A DNA stretch of 64,000 nucleotides from assembly GCF_044704955.1 (NCBI RefSeq), contig NC_091986.1:100192001-100256000 (forward strand), given 5' to 3'. The stretch is from Pristiophorus japonicus. Its lineage: Eukaryota. Below the pieces are notes generated by a model. That model did not search any database. It saw only the letters and a program-made list of their open reading frames with translations, and was not told the origin of the DNA. Positions 1 to 11,850 of this stretch are shown here, piece after piece; within the stretch, counting starts at the first letter, position 1, and the number at the start of each line of letters is the position of its first letter. The position numbers and the translations under genes were made by a program.

Positions 1-326
1 GATACTAGAACTAGGGGACATAATCTTAGAATAAGGGGCCGCCCATTTAAAACTGAGATGAGGAGGAATTTCTTCTCTGAGATGGTTATAAATCTGTGGA
101 ATTCGCTGCCTCAGAGAGCTGTGGAAGCTGGGACATTGAATATATTTAAAATAGAGATAGACAGTTTCTTAACCGATAAGGGAATAAGCGGTTATGGGGA
201 GCGGGCAGGTAAGTGGACCTGAGTCCATGATCACGTCAGCCATGATCGTATTAAATGGCAGAGTAGGCTCGAGGGGCCGTATGGTCTACACCTGCTCCTA
301 TTTCTTTATGTTTTTATGTTCTTATG
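1..326 (+). mobile_element. CR1 LINE 3' end (cut by window edge)
   Basis: Encodes TRTRGHNLRIRGRPFKTEMRRNFF (CR1 ORF2 C-terminus), followed by CR1 3' UTR and degenerate (TTCTTATG)n tail at 301-326. Confidence 0.92.
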
Positions 327-375
327 ATGGGCCAAATGGCCTCCTTCTGTGCTATATTATTCGATGATTCTATGA
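327..375 (+). mobile_element. orphan CR1/HE1-type 3' tail fragment
   Basis: ATGGGCCAAATGGCCTCCTTCTGTGCT...ATTCTATGA, same tail type as at ~36420-36470 and ~52950-53000; probably a host element interrupted by the preceding CR1. Confidence 0.7.
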
Positions 376-582
376 ACTCAAGAGGTGCAGTGGGGTAATG
401 AAGTCTGGAGGTGATGAAGATGAGGATAAGCATTTCAGTGGCAGTGGGGTGAAGTAGGGATGAAAGCAGTGATGAAAGTGGTAATAGGTGGTCTTTATAG
501 TTGCAACAATGCAAGGTTGGAAACTCATCTCAGAGTTGAACAGGACACTGAGGATGTACACCATTGGCCGTCTGATACAGCA

Positions 583-1187
583 ACATAAGAACATAAGAAA
601 AAGGAACAGGAGTAGGCCATATGGCCTCCCGAGCGTGCTCCGCCATTCAATAAGATCATGGCTGATCTGATCATGGACTCAGCTCCACTTCCCTGCCCGC
701 TCCCCATAACACATTATCCCCTTATCGTTGAAGGAATTTCTCCTCATCTCTGTTTTAAATGGGCAGCCCCTTATTCTAAGATCATGCCCTCTAGTTCTAG
801 TCTCCCCCATCAGTGGAAACATCCTCTCTGCATTCACCTTGTCAAGCCCCCTCATAATCTTATACATTTCGATAAGATCACCTCTCATTCTTCTGAATTC
901 CAATGAGTAGAGGCCCAACCTACTCAATCTTTCCTCATAAGTCAACCCCCTCATCCCCAGAATCAACCTCGTGAACCTTCTCTGAACTGCCTCCAAAGCA
1001 AGTATATCCTTTCGTAAATATGGAAACCAAAACTGCACACAGTATTCCAGGTGTGGCCTCACCAAAACCTTGTATAACTGTAGCAAGGCTTCCCTGCTTT
1101 TATACTCCATCCCCTTTGCAATATAGGCCAAGATACCATTGGTCTTCCTGATCACTTGCTGTACCTGCATACTATCCTTTTGTGTTT
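583..1187 (-). mobile_element. 5'-truncated CR1 LINE
   Basis: ACATAAGAACATAAGAA tail at 583-599; ORF 679-1170 (LYKVLVRPHLEYCVQFW...RRMRGDLIE); about 100-bp internal deletion near 731 relative to the sister copy at 4716-5206. Confidence 0.93.
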
Positions 1188-1600
1188 ATGGAAAAAAATA
1201 CATATAACAAAGGAAACATTATTTAATTTCAAAGCTGCGTGCAAGCTTTTGTTGCACAAAAACTCTGGTGGATAGTTGAGGTTGGACAGAATTGAACTAC
1301 TGATGTTGGAGGTTCCAGTCTCGTAATCCTCTACGGTTGAGAAACATGGCTATTCATTAACTCTGGATTTACTCATAATTCAGCACACAGCGAGACAGAA
1401 GTATCAGTTGGGTTTACATGATGCTTCTTTAAACATCCTCTTTTAAAAATTTTTGTCAGCAATAGATAACTTTTGCAGGTATAATGAACACTGTGGCGAG
1501 GTTTTAAACCTTAACTTACTTGCTGTCAATGATGTGAAAGATTTATAATTAACCTGAAAAGTCAACATTTTGATTGTAGTGTGTAATTCCATGCTGCGTT

Positions 1601-1759
1601 AGACCTCCAGTGATTACAGTGTGCAGTTCTATGACTGCGGATAGACCTCCAGTGATTACCGTGTGCAGTTCTATGACTGTGGATAGATCTCCAGTGATTA
1701 CAGTGTGCAGTTCGATGACTGCGGATAGACCTCCAGTGATTACCGTGTGCAGTGCTATG
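1601..1759. repeat. 42-bp minisatellite, about 3.8 copies
   Basis: Unit AGACCTCCAGTGATTACAGTGTGCAGTTCTATGACTGCGGAT starting at 1601, 1643, 1685 and 1727. Confidence 0.95.
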
Positions 1760-1879
1760 GTGCGGGAAACGTCTTGTTTCTTTGGTGCTGTGATCCCCCA
1801 CCTTACAGATCGATTGTCCACAGTGGTTTACCACGAGTGACATTGTATCCATCCTATGTTGTATTTGTGGGCCAGAATA

Positions 1880-4418
1880 TCAAGAAAGGTCCAACTTTGA
1901 AGAATGGATAAAGAAGGCCAAAACACTTCTTCCCTCCCCCGACCTCACACCTACAACCTCCTGGGAGAGGCAAAAAACCAGAGATAAAACGCAGGGCCAA
2001 TAATGGTAAAAAATACTGCATAAAATTCCTCTCTGACCCCCTCAGGCTATCAAAACCAGTCCAGGAGATCACATGGACCAAGTGTTATCTATAAAGACAC
2101 ATACCTTCTATATGATACAATCTCTGCCCCAGTCAGGAACCGGTCCAGCTTCCTCTTGAAGGCCAGCACCCACCTCACCAGCCAGCAATGTATTCCAGGG
2201 GCTCACAATTTTCTGGGTAAAAGAAGAACTGCCTAACATCCTGTCTATTCCTACCCTTGCATAGTTTAAACTCGTGTCCTCTGGTCCTCCCCAATCTGGT
2301 AAACTGGAATAATCCATCAATAGGGACACTATCCAGCCCTTTAATTAATTTATAGACCGCTATTGGGTCACTTCTATGTCTACGCTGTTCTAAAGTAAAT
2401 AGACCAAGGTCCTTGAGCCAATCTGAGTAGCTGAGGTTCTTCCTTGTCGTTCTTCTCTGGACCTTTTCCAAGGCCACTATTTCACCCACCATGTGGGATG
2501 GACAAAACTGGGCACAGTACTCTCAATGCGATCTGACCAGTGACCTTTTATAGTGTCAAAATGGTATCCTTTGATTTATATTGACTGATTCTGTTAATAC
2601 AGCCCAGTACCCTGTTAGCTTTAGATAGTTTCTGAACATTGGTCATGAACCTTTAGTGATTTGTGCACAATAACACCAAGATATTTTTCTCTCTCAATCT
2701 CTTTCAGTATTGTTCACTGTAAATAGTATGTGTATTCCGAGTTGGCCCTACCATCATCATAGGCTGCCCCTCGAATCGAGAATGACTTGCTTCCAGGCCA
2801 AAAAGGGATGAGTTCACACGTGTCTCAATGAAGGACCTAATATTCCAGTTCTCACACTGCATCTTGAAGGGTGGAAGATGCCTGTGCGTGGATTTTTTTA
2901 ACGCGTGGTGGCCGATGCACACCAGCCGCCACACGGGCTCGACAGGGCTAGGTCTTGGTCCAGTGGCAAGGATTAACCAAGGTGACTGGAGACCAGCTCT
3001 GCTGCACGAACCTAGTGCGCACACATATCACAGTGTGGGCTGCCCCTGGGCCCTCGCCTCTTCTGGGCCCAAACTCACGCCTATCCTGGGCCCTGATCAC
3101 GTCGATCTACAAACTCTCGCCGCTCCCGCTGTACCTGCCCGTGCTCCAATCAGCGACCTGGATTTGGGTGACATCAAATCCAGTCGCCCTCTTCACAGCT
3201 GTCACCCTCCTGCAGCCAGCAACATGCGCTGTATCTTGTTGTGGCATACCTCCATGCTCTTTTAAGGCCCCGACGTGCCTCTGATGTTCCTCACAGATCG
3301 GGGCCGCGCCAAATGCCAGGTCCATCGCCTCCACGCTTTTTTATGACATTACATTTTATCTACATTAAATGCCATTTGTCACTGTGTGGCCCTCTCCCCT
3401 AGCACATTTAAATCTTTTGGAATTTGTTTACACTCCTCTACCACCTTAACCCTTGTGCAGAATTAGGTGTCATCTGCAAACTTAAATAACATACGCCCAA
3501 CACCGCTGGGGACACAACTAATAACGTGTCTCCAAGCTGAACTACATCCATTAACTACAACATTTTGGCTGCAGGATTGGAGCTAATTTCTAATCCAGTG
3601 TTTCAAGTTGCTACAATGTACTAATAACACACAATTCTATCTTGCGAAGTAACCTAGCGTGAGGTAGCAAAGGCTTTTTGAAAATTCAGGTAGAAGATGC
3701 CTACTGGATTTCCCTTATCCACTACCCTTGTGACTTCCTCAAAAAATGCTTCTCAAATTTGCTAGGCATGTTAGGAAATTTTTCGGAAGCTGTGTTGTGA
3801 ATTTTTAATAGCTCAGTGATCATAAAGGGCATCTCATATGATTCCTTCTAGCATGTTCCCAATAATGGATGCCAGACTGACAGATCTGTAGTTCCCTGGC
3901 TCTGATTTGTCTCCTTTTTTGAAAATAGGAACTACATGAGCTAGCTTCCAGTCTCGGGGAACTGTTCCTGACTCTACTGGGTTATTGAAGATACGGGCAA
4001 GGGGCTCGCAGAGCACTTGTCCCATCTCTTTAATCACTCTTGGATGGACATTATCTGGATGTGGAGCTTTATTAAGTTTGAGCTTTCCTACTCTATCCAA
4101 GATGACATTACACTCTACTTTAATACCAGTATGCTATTCAATACTGAGCACCCCTCATCTGGAACATAAACATCATTTACAGGTGTATAGATTGATGAAA
4201 AATAGTCCCATTTAGCAGCTCTGCCAAAACTTGAGAATCTGTTTGAATCTGCCCTACAGTATCCTTTTGTGGCCCTATACTGTCCTTAAAGGTCACCTGA
4301 CTTCTATCATAGCTAAAAGAGCTTTTGCTATTACTACGACAATTACACACCTTTTCCAGAGATCTCGTGACTAATCTTATGGCTGTTTTTCTCTTCCTTC
4401 ATTCCATTCAGTACTTTT
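1880..4418 (-). mobile_element. old, diverged CR1 LINE (element Z, 3' part), interrupted at 2752-3336
   Basis: ORF remnants ALEKVQRRTTR..LGLFTLEQRR (2175-2492), RTRGHEFKL, FADD-type motif near 3470, and KAPHPDNVHPRVIKE..WKLAHVVPIFKKGDKSEPGNYRSVSL (3834-4100); 3' boundary approximate. Confidence 0.85.
2752..3336 (-). mobile_element. non-autonomous RTE-tailed retroposon (SINE-like or bipartite RTE derivative)
   Basis: About 43-bp terminus CATCATCATAGGCTGCCCCTCGAATCGAGAATGACTTGCTTCCA closely matches the 3' ends of RTE copies at 43116, 61005 and 63806; the body is GC-rich with no RT similarity; it interrupts CR1 Z. Confidence 0.75.
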
Positions 4419-4715
4419 CATAAGAATTAGGAGCAGGAGTAGGCCATATGGCCCTTCAAGCCTGTTCCACCATTCAGTAAGATCATGGCTGATCTTCGGC
4501 CTCAACTCCACTTTCCTACCTGATCCCCATATCCCTTGATTCCCCGAGAGTCCTGAAATCTATCTATCTCAGCCTTGAATATACTGAACAACTCAGCATC
4601 CACAGCCCTTTGGGGTAGAGAATTCCAAAGATTGACAACCCTCTGAGTGAAGAAATTCTTCCTCATCTCAGTCTTAAATGGCTGACCCCTTATCCTGAGA
4701 CTATACCTACTAGTT
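4419..4715 (-). mobile_element. CR1 element A, 3' segment
   Basis: CATAAGAA tail, 3' UTR and ORF2 end; stops at TAGTT (4711-4715) and resumes after TAGTT at 14655-14659. Confidence 0.9.
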
Positions 4716-5206
4716 ACATAAAAATATAAGAAATAGGAACAGGAGTAGGCCATACGGCCCCTCGAGCCTGCTCCGCCATTTAATAAGATCATGGCTGATC
4801 TGATCATGGACTCAGCTCCACTTCCCCGCCCACTCCCCATAACCCCTTATCCCCTTATCATTTAAGAAACTATCGATTTCTGTCTTAAATGTATTCAATG
4901 TCCCAGCTTCCACAGCTCTCTGTGGCAGCAAATTCCACAGAGTAACAACCCTCTGAGAGAAGAAATTTCTCCTCATCTCTGTTTTAAATGGGCTGCCCCT
5001 TATTCTAAGATCATGCCCTCTAGTTCTAGTCACCCCCATCAGTGGAAACATCCTCTCTGCATCCACCTTGTCAAGCCCCCTCATAATTTTAAACGTTTCG
5101 ATAAGATCACCTCTCATTCTTCTGAATTCCAATGAGTAGAGGCCCAACATACTCAATCTTTCCTCATAAGTCAACCCCCTCATCCTTGGAATCAACCTAG
5201 TGAACC

Positions 5207-6938
5207 AAGGAAATGTCAGACCAATTGAACAAATACTTTGATTATGTCTTCACTAAGGAAGACACGAATAACCTCCCGAAAATACGAGGGGACTGAGGGT
5301 CTAGCGAGAATGAGGAACTGAGAGAAATCCTTAGGAGTCAGAAAATGGTGTTCGGGAAATTGATGGGATTGAAGGCCGATAAATCCCCAGGGTTTGATAG
5401 TCTGCATCCCAGAGTACTTAAGGAAGTGGCCCAGGAAATAGTAGATGCATTATGGTAATTTTCCAACATTCCATGGACTCTGGATCAGTTCCGATGGATT
5501 GGAGGGTAGCTAATGTATCCCCATCTTTTAAAAAAAGAGGGAGAGAGAAAACAGGGAATTATAGACTGACATTGGTAGTGAGGAAAATGCTGGCATCAAT
5601 TATTAAAGATGTAATAGCAGTGCATTTGGAAAGCAGTGACAGAATCGGTCCAAGTCAACATGGATTTATGAAAGGGAAATCATGCTTGATAAATCTTCTG
5701 GAATTTTTTGAGGAGGTAACTAGTAGAGTGGACAAGGGAGAACCAGTGGATGTGGTGTATTTGGACTTTCAAAAGGCTTTTGACAAGGTCCCACACAAAT
5801 GATTAGTGTGCAAAATTAAGGCACATGGGATTGGGGGTAATGTATTGATGTGGATAGAGAACTGGTTGGCAGACAGGAAGCAGAGAGTCGGAATAAATGG
5901 GCTCTTTTCAGAATGGCAGGCAGTGACTAATGGGGTACCGTAAGGTTCAGTGTTGGGACCCCAGCTATTTACAATATACATTAATGATTTAGACGAAGGA
6001 ATTGAATGTAATATCTCCAAGTTTGCAGATGACACTAAGCTCAGCGGCAGTATGAGCTGTGAGGAGGATGCTAAGAGGCTGCAGGGTGACTTGGACAGGT
6101 TAGGTGAGTGGGCAAATGCATGGCAGATGCAGTATAATGTGAGGTTACCACTTTGGGGGCAAAAGCACGAAGGCAGAATATTATCTGAATGGTGGCAGAT
6201 TCGGAAAAGGGAGGTGCAACGAGACCTGGGTGTCATGGTACATCAGTCATTGAAAGTTGGCATGCAGGTACAGCAGGCAGTAAAGAAAGCAAATTGCATG
6301 TTGACCTTCATAGCGAGAGGATTTGAGTATAGGAGCAGGGAGATCTTGCTGCAGTTGTACAGGGCCTTGGTGAGACCACACCTTGAGTATTGTGTGCAGT
6401 TTTGGTCTCCTAATCTGAGGAAGGACATTCTTGCTATTGAGGGAGTGCAGCGAAGGTTCACCAGACTGATTCCCGGGATGGCAGAACTGACATATGAAGG
6501 AGAGACTGAATCGACTAGGCTTACGTTCACTGGAACTTAGAAGAATAAGAGGGGATCTCATAGAAGCATATAAAATTTTGACGGGATTGGACAGGTTAGA
6601 TGCAGGAAGAATGTTCCCCATGTTGGGGAAGTCCAGAACCAGGGGCCACAGTCTAAGGATAAGGGGTAAGCCATCTAGGACCGAGATGAGGAGAAACTTT
6701 TTCACCCAGAGAATTGTGAACCTATCGAATTCTCTACCACAGAAAGTTATTGAGTCTAGTTCGTTGGATAAATTCAAAAGGGAGTTAGATGTGGCCCTTA
6801 GGCTAAAGGGATCAAGGGGTATGGAGAGAGGGCAAGAGTGGGGTGCTGAAGTTGCATGATTAACCATGATCATATTGAATGGTGGTGCAGGCTCGAAGGG
6901 CCGAATGGCATGCTCCTGTACCTTGTTTCTATGTTTCT
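5207..6938 (+). mobile_element. CR1 element C, 5'-truncated, inserted in B
   Basis: RT remnants in ORFs 5452-5802, 5950-6540 and 6494-6859; TTTCTATGTTTCT tail; B reads GTGAACC|TTCTCTGAAC across the insertion (compare 971-987). Confidence 0.93.
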
Positions 6939-7712
6939 CTGAACTGCCTCCAAAGCAAGAATATCCTTTCTTAAATATGGAAACCAAAACTGCACGCAAT
7001 ATTCCAGGGTGTGGCCTCACCAATACCTTATATAGCTGTAGCAAGACTTCCCTGCTTTTACACTCCATCCCCTTTGCAATAAAGGCCAAGATACCATTGG
7101 CCTTCCTGATCACTTGCTATACCTGCATAGAATCCTTTTGTGTTTCATGCACAAGTACCTCCAGGTCTTGCTGTACTGCGGCACTTTACAATCTTTCTCT
7201 ATTTAAATAATAACTTGCCCTTTGATTTTTTTCTGCCAAAGTGCATGACCTCACACTTTCCAACATTATACTCCATCTGCCAAATTTTTGCGCACTCACT
7301 TAGCCTGTCTATGTCATTTTGCAGATATTTTGTGTCCTCCTTCCACATTGCTTTTCCTTCCATCTTTGTATCGTCAGCAAACTTGGCTACGTTACACTCA
7401 GTCCCTTCTTCCAAGTTGTTTATATAGATTGTAAATAGTTGGGGTCCCAGCACTGATCCCTGCGGCACCCCACTAGTTACTGGCTGCCAACCAGAGAATG
7501 AACCATTTATCCCGACTCTCTGTTTTCTGTTAGTTAGCCAATCCTCTATCCATGCTAATATATTACCCCCAACCCCGTGAACTTTTATATTGTGCAGTAA
7601 CCTTTTATGTGGCACCTTGTCAACATAGAAACATAGAAATAGATACAGGAGTAGGCCATTCGGCCCTTCGAACCTGCACCACCATTCAATAAGATCAAGG
7701 CTAATCATTCCC

Positions 7713-10625
7713 TCAGTACCCCTTTCCTGCTTTCTCTCCATACCCCTTGATGCCTTTCGCCGTAAGGACCATATCTAACTCCCTCTTGAATATATCCAAT
7801 GAACTGACATCAACAACTCTCTGCGGTAGGGAATTCCACAGGTTAACAACTCTCTGAGTGAAGAAGTTTCTCCTCATCTCAGTACTAAATGGCCTATCGC
7901 TTATCCTAAGACTGTGTCCCCTGGTTCTGGACTTCCCCATCATCGAGAACATTCTATCCGCATCTAACCTGTCCAGTTCCGTCAGAATCTTTTAAGTTTC
8001 TATGAGATCCCCTCTCATCCTTCTAAACTCCAGTGTATAAAGGCCCAATTGATCCAGCCTCTCCTCATATGTCAGTCCCGCCATCCCAGGAATAAGTCTG
8101 GTGAACCTTCGCTGCACTCCCTCAATAGCAAGAACGTCCTTCCTCAGATTAGGAGACCAAAACTCAACACAATATTCCAGGTGAGGCCTCACCAAGGCCC
8201 TGTACAACTGCAGTAAGACCTCCCTGCTCCGATACTCACATCCCCTAGCTATGAAGGCCAACATACCATTTGCCTTCTTCACCGTCTGCTGTACCTGCAT
8301 GCCAACTTTCAATGACTGATGAACCATGACACCCAGGTCTCGTTGCACCTTCCCCTTTCCTAATCTGCCGCCATTCAGATAATCTGCCTTCGTGTTTTTG
8401 CCCCCAAAATGGATAACCTCACATTTATCCACATTATACTGCATCTGCCATGCATTTGCCCACTCACCTAACCTATCCAAGTCACCCTGCAGCCTTTTAG
8501 CGTCCTCCTCACAGCTCACACCGCCACCCAGCTTAGTGTCGTCTGCAGACTTGGAGATATTAAACTCAATTCCTTCATCCAAATCATTAATGTATATTGT
8601 AAAGAGCTGGGGTCCCAGCACTGAACCCTGCGGTACTCCACTAGTCACTGCCTGCCATTCTGAAAAGGACCCGTTTATCCCGACTCTCTGCTTCCTGTCT
8701 GCCAACCAGTTCTCTATCCACGTCAGTACATTACCCCCAATACCACGTGCTTTGATTTTGCACACCAATCTCTTGTGTGGGACCTTGTCAAAAGCCTTTT
8801 GAAAGTCCAAATACACCACATCCACTGGTTCTCCCTTGTCCACTCTACTAGTTACATCCTCAAAAATTCCAGAATATTTGTCAAGCATGATTTCCTTTTC
8901 ATAAATCCATGCCGACTTGGACCGAACCTGTCACTACTTTCCAAATGCGCTGCTATTACATCTTTAATAATTGATTCCAACATTTTCCCCACTACTGATG
9001 TCAGGCTAACCGGTCTATAATTACCCGTTTTCTCTCTCCCTCCTTTTTTAAACAGTGGTGTTACATTAGCTACCCTCCAGTCCATAGCAACTGATCCACA
9101 GTCAACAGACTGTTGGAAAATGATCACCAATGCATCCAGTATTTCTATGGCCACTTCCTTAAGTACTCTGGGATGTAGACTATCAGGCTTTGGGGATTTA
9201 TCGGCCTTCAATCCCATCAATTTCCCTAACAAATTTTCCCACTTTATAAGGATATCCTTCAGTTCCTCCTTCTCACTAGACCCTCGGTCCCCTAGTATTT
9301 CCGGAAGGTTATTTGTGTCTTCCTTCGTGAAAACAGAACTAAAGTATTTGTTTAACTGATCCGCCAATTCTTTGTTCCCCATTATAAATTCACCTGAATC
9401 TGACTGCAAGGGACCTACGTTTGTTTTCACGAATCTCTTTCTCTTCACATATCTATAGAAGCTTTTGCAGTCAGTTTTTATGTTCCCTGCAAGCTTCCTC
9501 TCATACTCTATTTTCCCCCTCCTAATTAAACCCTTTGTCCTCCTCTGCCGTATTACAAAATTCTCCCAGTCCTCACGTTTGCTGCTTTTTCTGTCCAATT
9601 TATATGCATCTTTCTTGGATTTAACACTATCCTTAATTTCCCTTGTTAGCCACGGTTGAGCCACCTTCCCCGTTTTATTTTTACTCCAGACAGGGATGTA
9701 CAATTGTTGAAGTTCATCCATGTGATCTTTAAATATTTGCCATTGCCTATCCACCGTCAACCCTTTAAGTATCATTTGCCAGTCTATTCTAGCCAATTCC
9801 CGCCTCATATCGTCGAAGTTACCTTTCCTTAAGTTCAGGACCCTAGTTTCTGAATTAACTGTGTCACTCTCCATCTTAATAAAGAATTCTACCATATTAT
9901 GGTCACTCTTTCCCAAGGGGCCTCGCACAACAACATTGTTAATTAGTTTTTTCTCATTACACATCACCCAGTCTAGGGTGGCCAGCCCTCTAGTTGGTTC
10001 CTCGACATATTGGTGCAGAAAACCATCCCTAATACACTCCAGGAAATCCTCCTCCACCGCGTTGATACCAGTTTGGTTAGCCCATTCAATATGTAGATTA
10101 AAGTCGCCCATGATAACTGCTGTACTTTTATTGTACGCATCCCTAACTTCTTGTTTGATGCTGTCCCCGTCCTCATTACTACTGTTAAGTGGTCTGTACA
10201 CAACTCGCTCAACTGCCCTTTGGTATTCCGTAGCTCCACCCATACAGATTCCACATCATCCAAGCTAATGTCCTTCCTTACTATTGCATTAATTTCCTCT
10301 TTAACCAGCAACGCTACCCCACCTCCTTTTCCTTTCTGTCTATCCTTCCTAAATGTTGAATACCCCTGGATGTTGAGTTCCCAGCCTTGGTCACCCTGAA
10401 GCCATGTCTCCGTGATGCCAATTACATCATATCTATCTGCGCAGTTAATTCGTCCACCTTATTCCGAATACTCCTCGCATTGAGGCACAGAGCCTTCAGG
10501 CTTGTCTTTTTAACACCTTTTGCCCCTTGAGGATTTTGCTGTAATGTGGCCCTTTTTGCTTTTTGCCTTGGGTTTCTCTGCCCTCCACTTTTACTTTTCT
10601 TTCTATCTTTTGCTTCTGCCCCCAT
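7713..10625 (-). pseudogene. CR1 ORF2 (APE endonuclease + reverse transcriptase), frameshifted
   Basis: LCLNARSIRNK (APE start), MGDFN, KSDHN, GNYRPVSLTS, YLDFQKAFD, GVPQGSVLGP, KSADD (FADD mutated); split over ORFs 10422-10625, 9973-10311, 8852-10243, 7992-8888 and 7713-7952. Confidence 0.92.
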
Positions 10626-10672
10626 TCTACTTCCCTCTGTCTCCCTGCATAGTTTCCCATCCCCCTGCCATA

Positions 10673-11603
10673 TTAGTTTAACTCCTCCCCAACAGCACTA
10701 GCAAACACTTCCCCGAGGACATTGGTTCCAGTCCTGCCCAGGTGCAGACCGTCCGGTTTGTACTGGTCCCACCTCCCCCAGAACCGGTTCCAAGTCCCAG
10801 GAATTTGAATCCCTCCCTTCTGCACCACTCCTCAAGCCACGTATTTATCTGAACTATCCTGCGATTCCTACTCTGACTAGCAGGTGGCACTCGTAGCAAT
10901 CCTAAGATTAATACTTTTGAGGTCCTACTTTTTAATTTAGCTCATAGCTCCCTAAATTCGTCTTGTAGGACCTCATCCTGTTTTTTACCTATATCGTTGG
11001 TACCTATATGCACCACGACAACAGGCTGTTTACCCTCCCCCTTCAAAATGTCCTGCACTGGCTCCGAGACATCCTTGACCCTTGCACCAGGGAGGCAACA
11101 TACCATCCTGGAGTCTCGATTGTGGCCGCAGAAAGGTCTATCTATTCCCCTATCACTATAGCTCTCCCACTCTTTTTCCTGCCCTCCTGTGCAGCAGAGC
11201 CACGCATGGTGCCATGGACTTGGCTGCTGCTGCCCTCCCATGATGAGTCATCTCCTTCAACATTACCCAAAGTGGTGTATCTGTTTTGCAGGGGGATGAC
11301 CGCAGGGGACCCCTGCACTACCTTCCTTGCACTGCTGTTCCTGTTGGTCACCCATTCCCTATCTGGCTGTGTACCCTTTACCTGCGGTAAGACCAACTCA
11401 CTAAACGTGCTATTCACGTCATTCTCAGCATCCTGCATGCTCCAGAGTGAATCTACCCGCAGCTCCAGTGCCGCAATGCAGTCTGTCAGGAGCTGCAGCC
11501 GGATACACTTCCCACATATGTAGTCGTCAGGGACACTGGAAGCGTCCCTGACTTCCCAAATAGTATAGGAGAAGCATACCATGTGTCTGAGCTCTCCTGC
11601 CAT
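10673..11603 (-). pseudogene. CR1 ORF1 (N-terminal Zn-finger/leucine zipper + SGNH esterase), frameshifted
   Basis: MAGELRHMVCFSY..YICGKCIRLQLL..LELRV; esterase blocks RAIVIG(DS lost by a short deletion), VCCLPGARVKDV and VVVHIGTND. Confidence 0.88.
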
Positions 11604-11689
11604 GATGTTACCCCTAGATTAACTTAATTTGGTAAAAATAATGCTGAAGGTTACTTACTGATTTGAAAAAAAGAAAAAAGAAAAAACTA

Positions 11690-11850
11690 CTCACCAATCA
11701 CTTATACCCTTGGCTGTGACGTCACCTTTCGATTTCTTTCTACTTTTTTGCCTTCTCTCCCTGCCCCAGCTGGCCTTTATAGGCCGCTCCGATGTCCCCT
11801 AACCTCTTGCTGTGACGTCACACTTAGTTTTCTTTTCCTCCCTGGTCAGG
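11690..11850 (-). promoter_or_regulatory. putative internal promoter of CR1 D (two CRE palindromes, TATA, CCAAT)
   Basis: GTGACGTCAC 11716-11725, TGTGACGTCACA 11811-11822, TATAAA on minus strand within GGCCTTTATAGGCC 11772-11785, CCAAT 11694-11698; function is inferred. Confidence 0.45.

Noticed and set aside
1601-1759. CRISPR-like array
   Set aside because: Units are contiguous with no unique spacers, there are no cas genes, and the context is eukaryotic.
6247-7113. 288-aa minus-strand ORF as a novel fusion gene
   Set aside because: Chance read-through from CR1 B into the antisense strand of CR1 C across the insertion junction.
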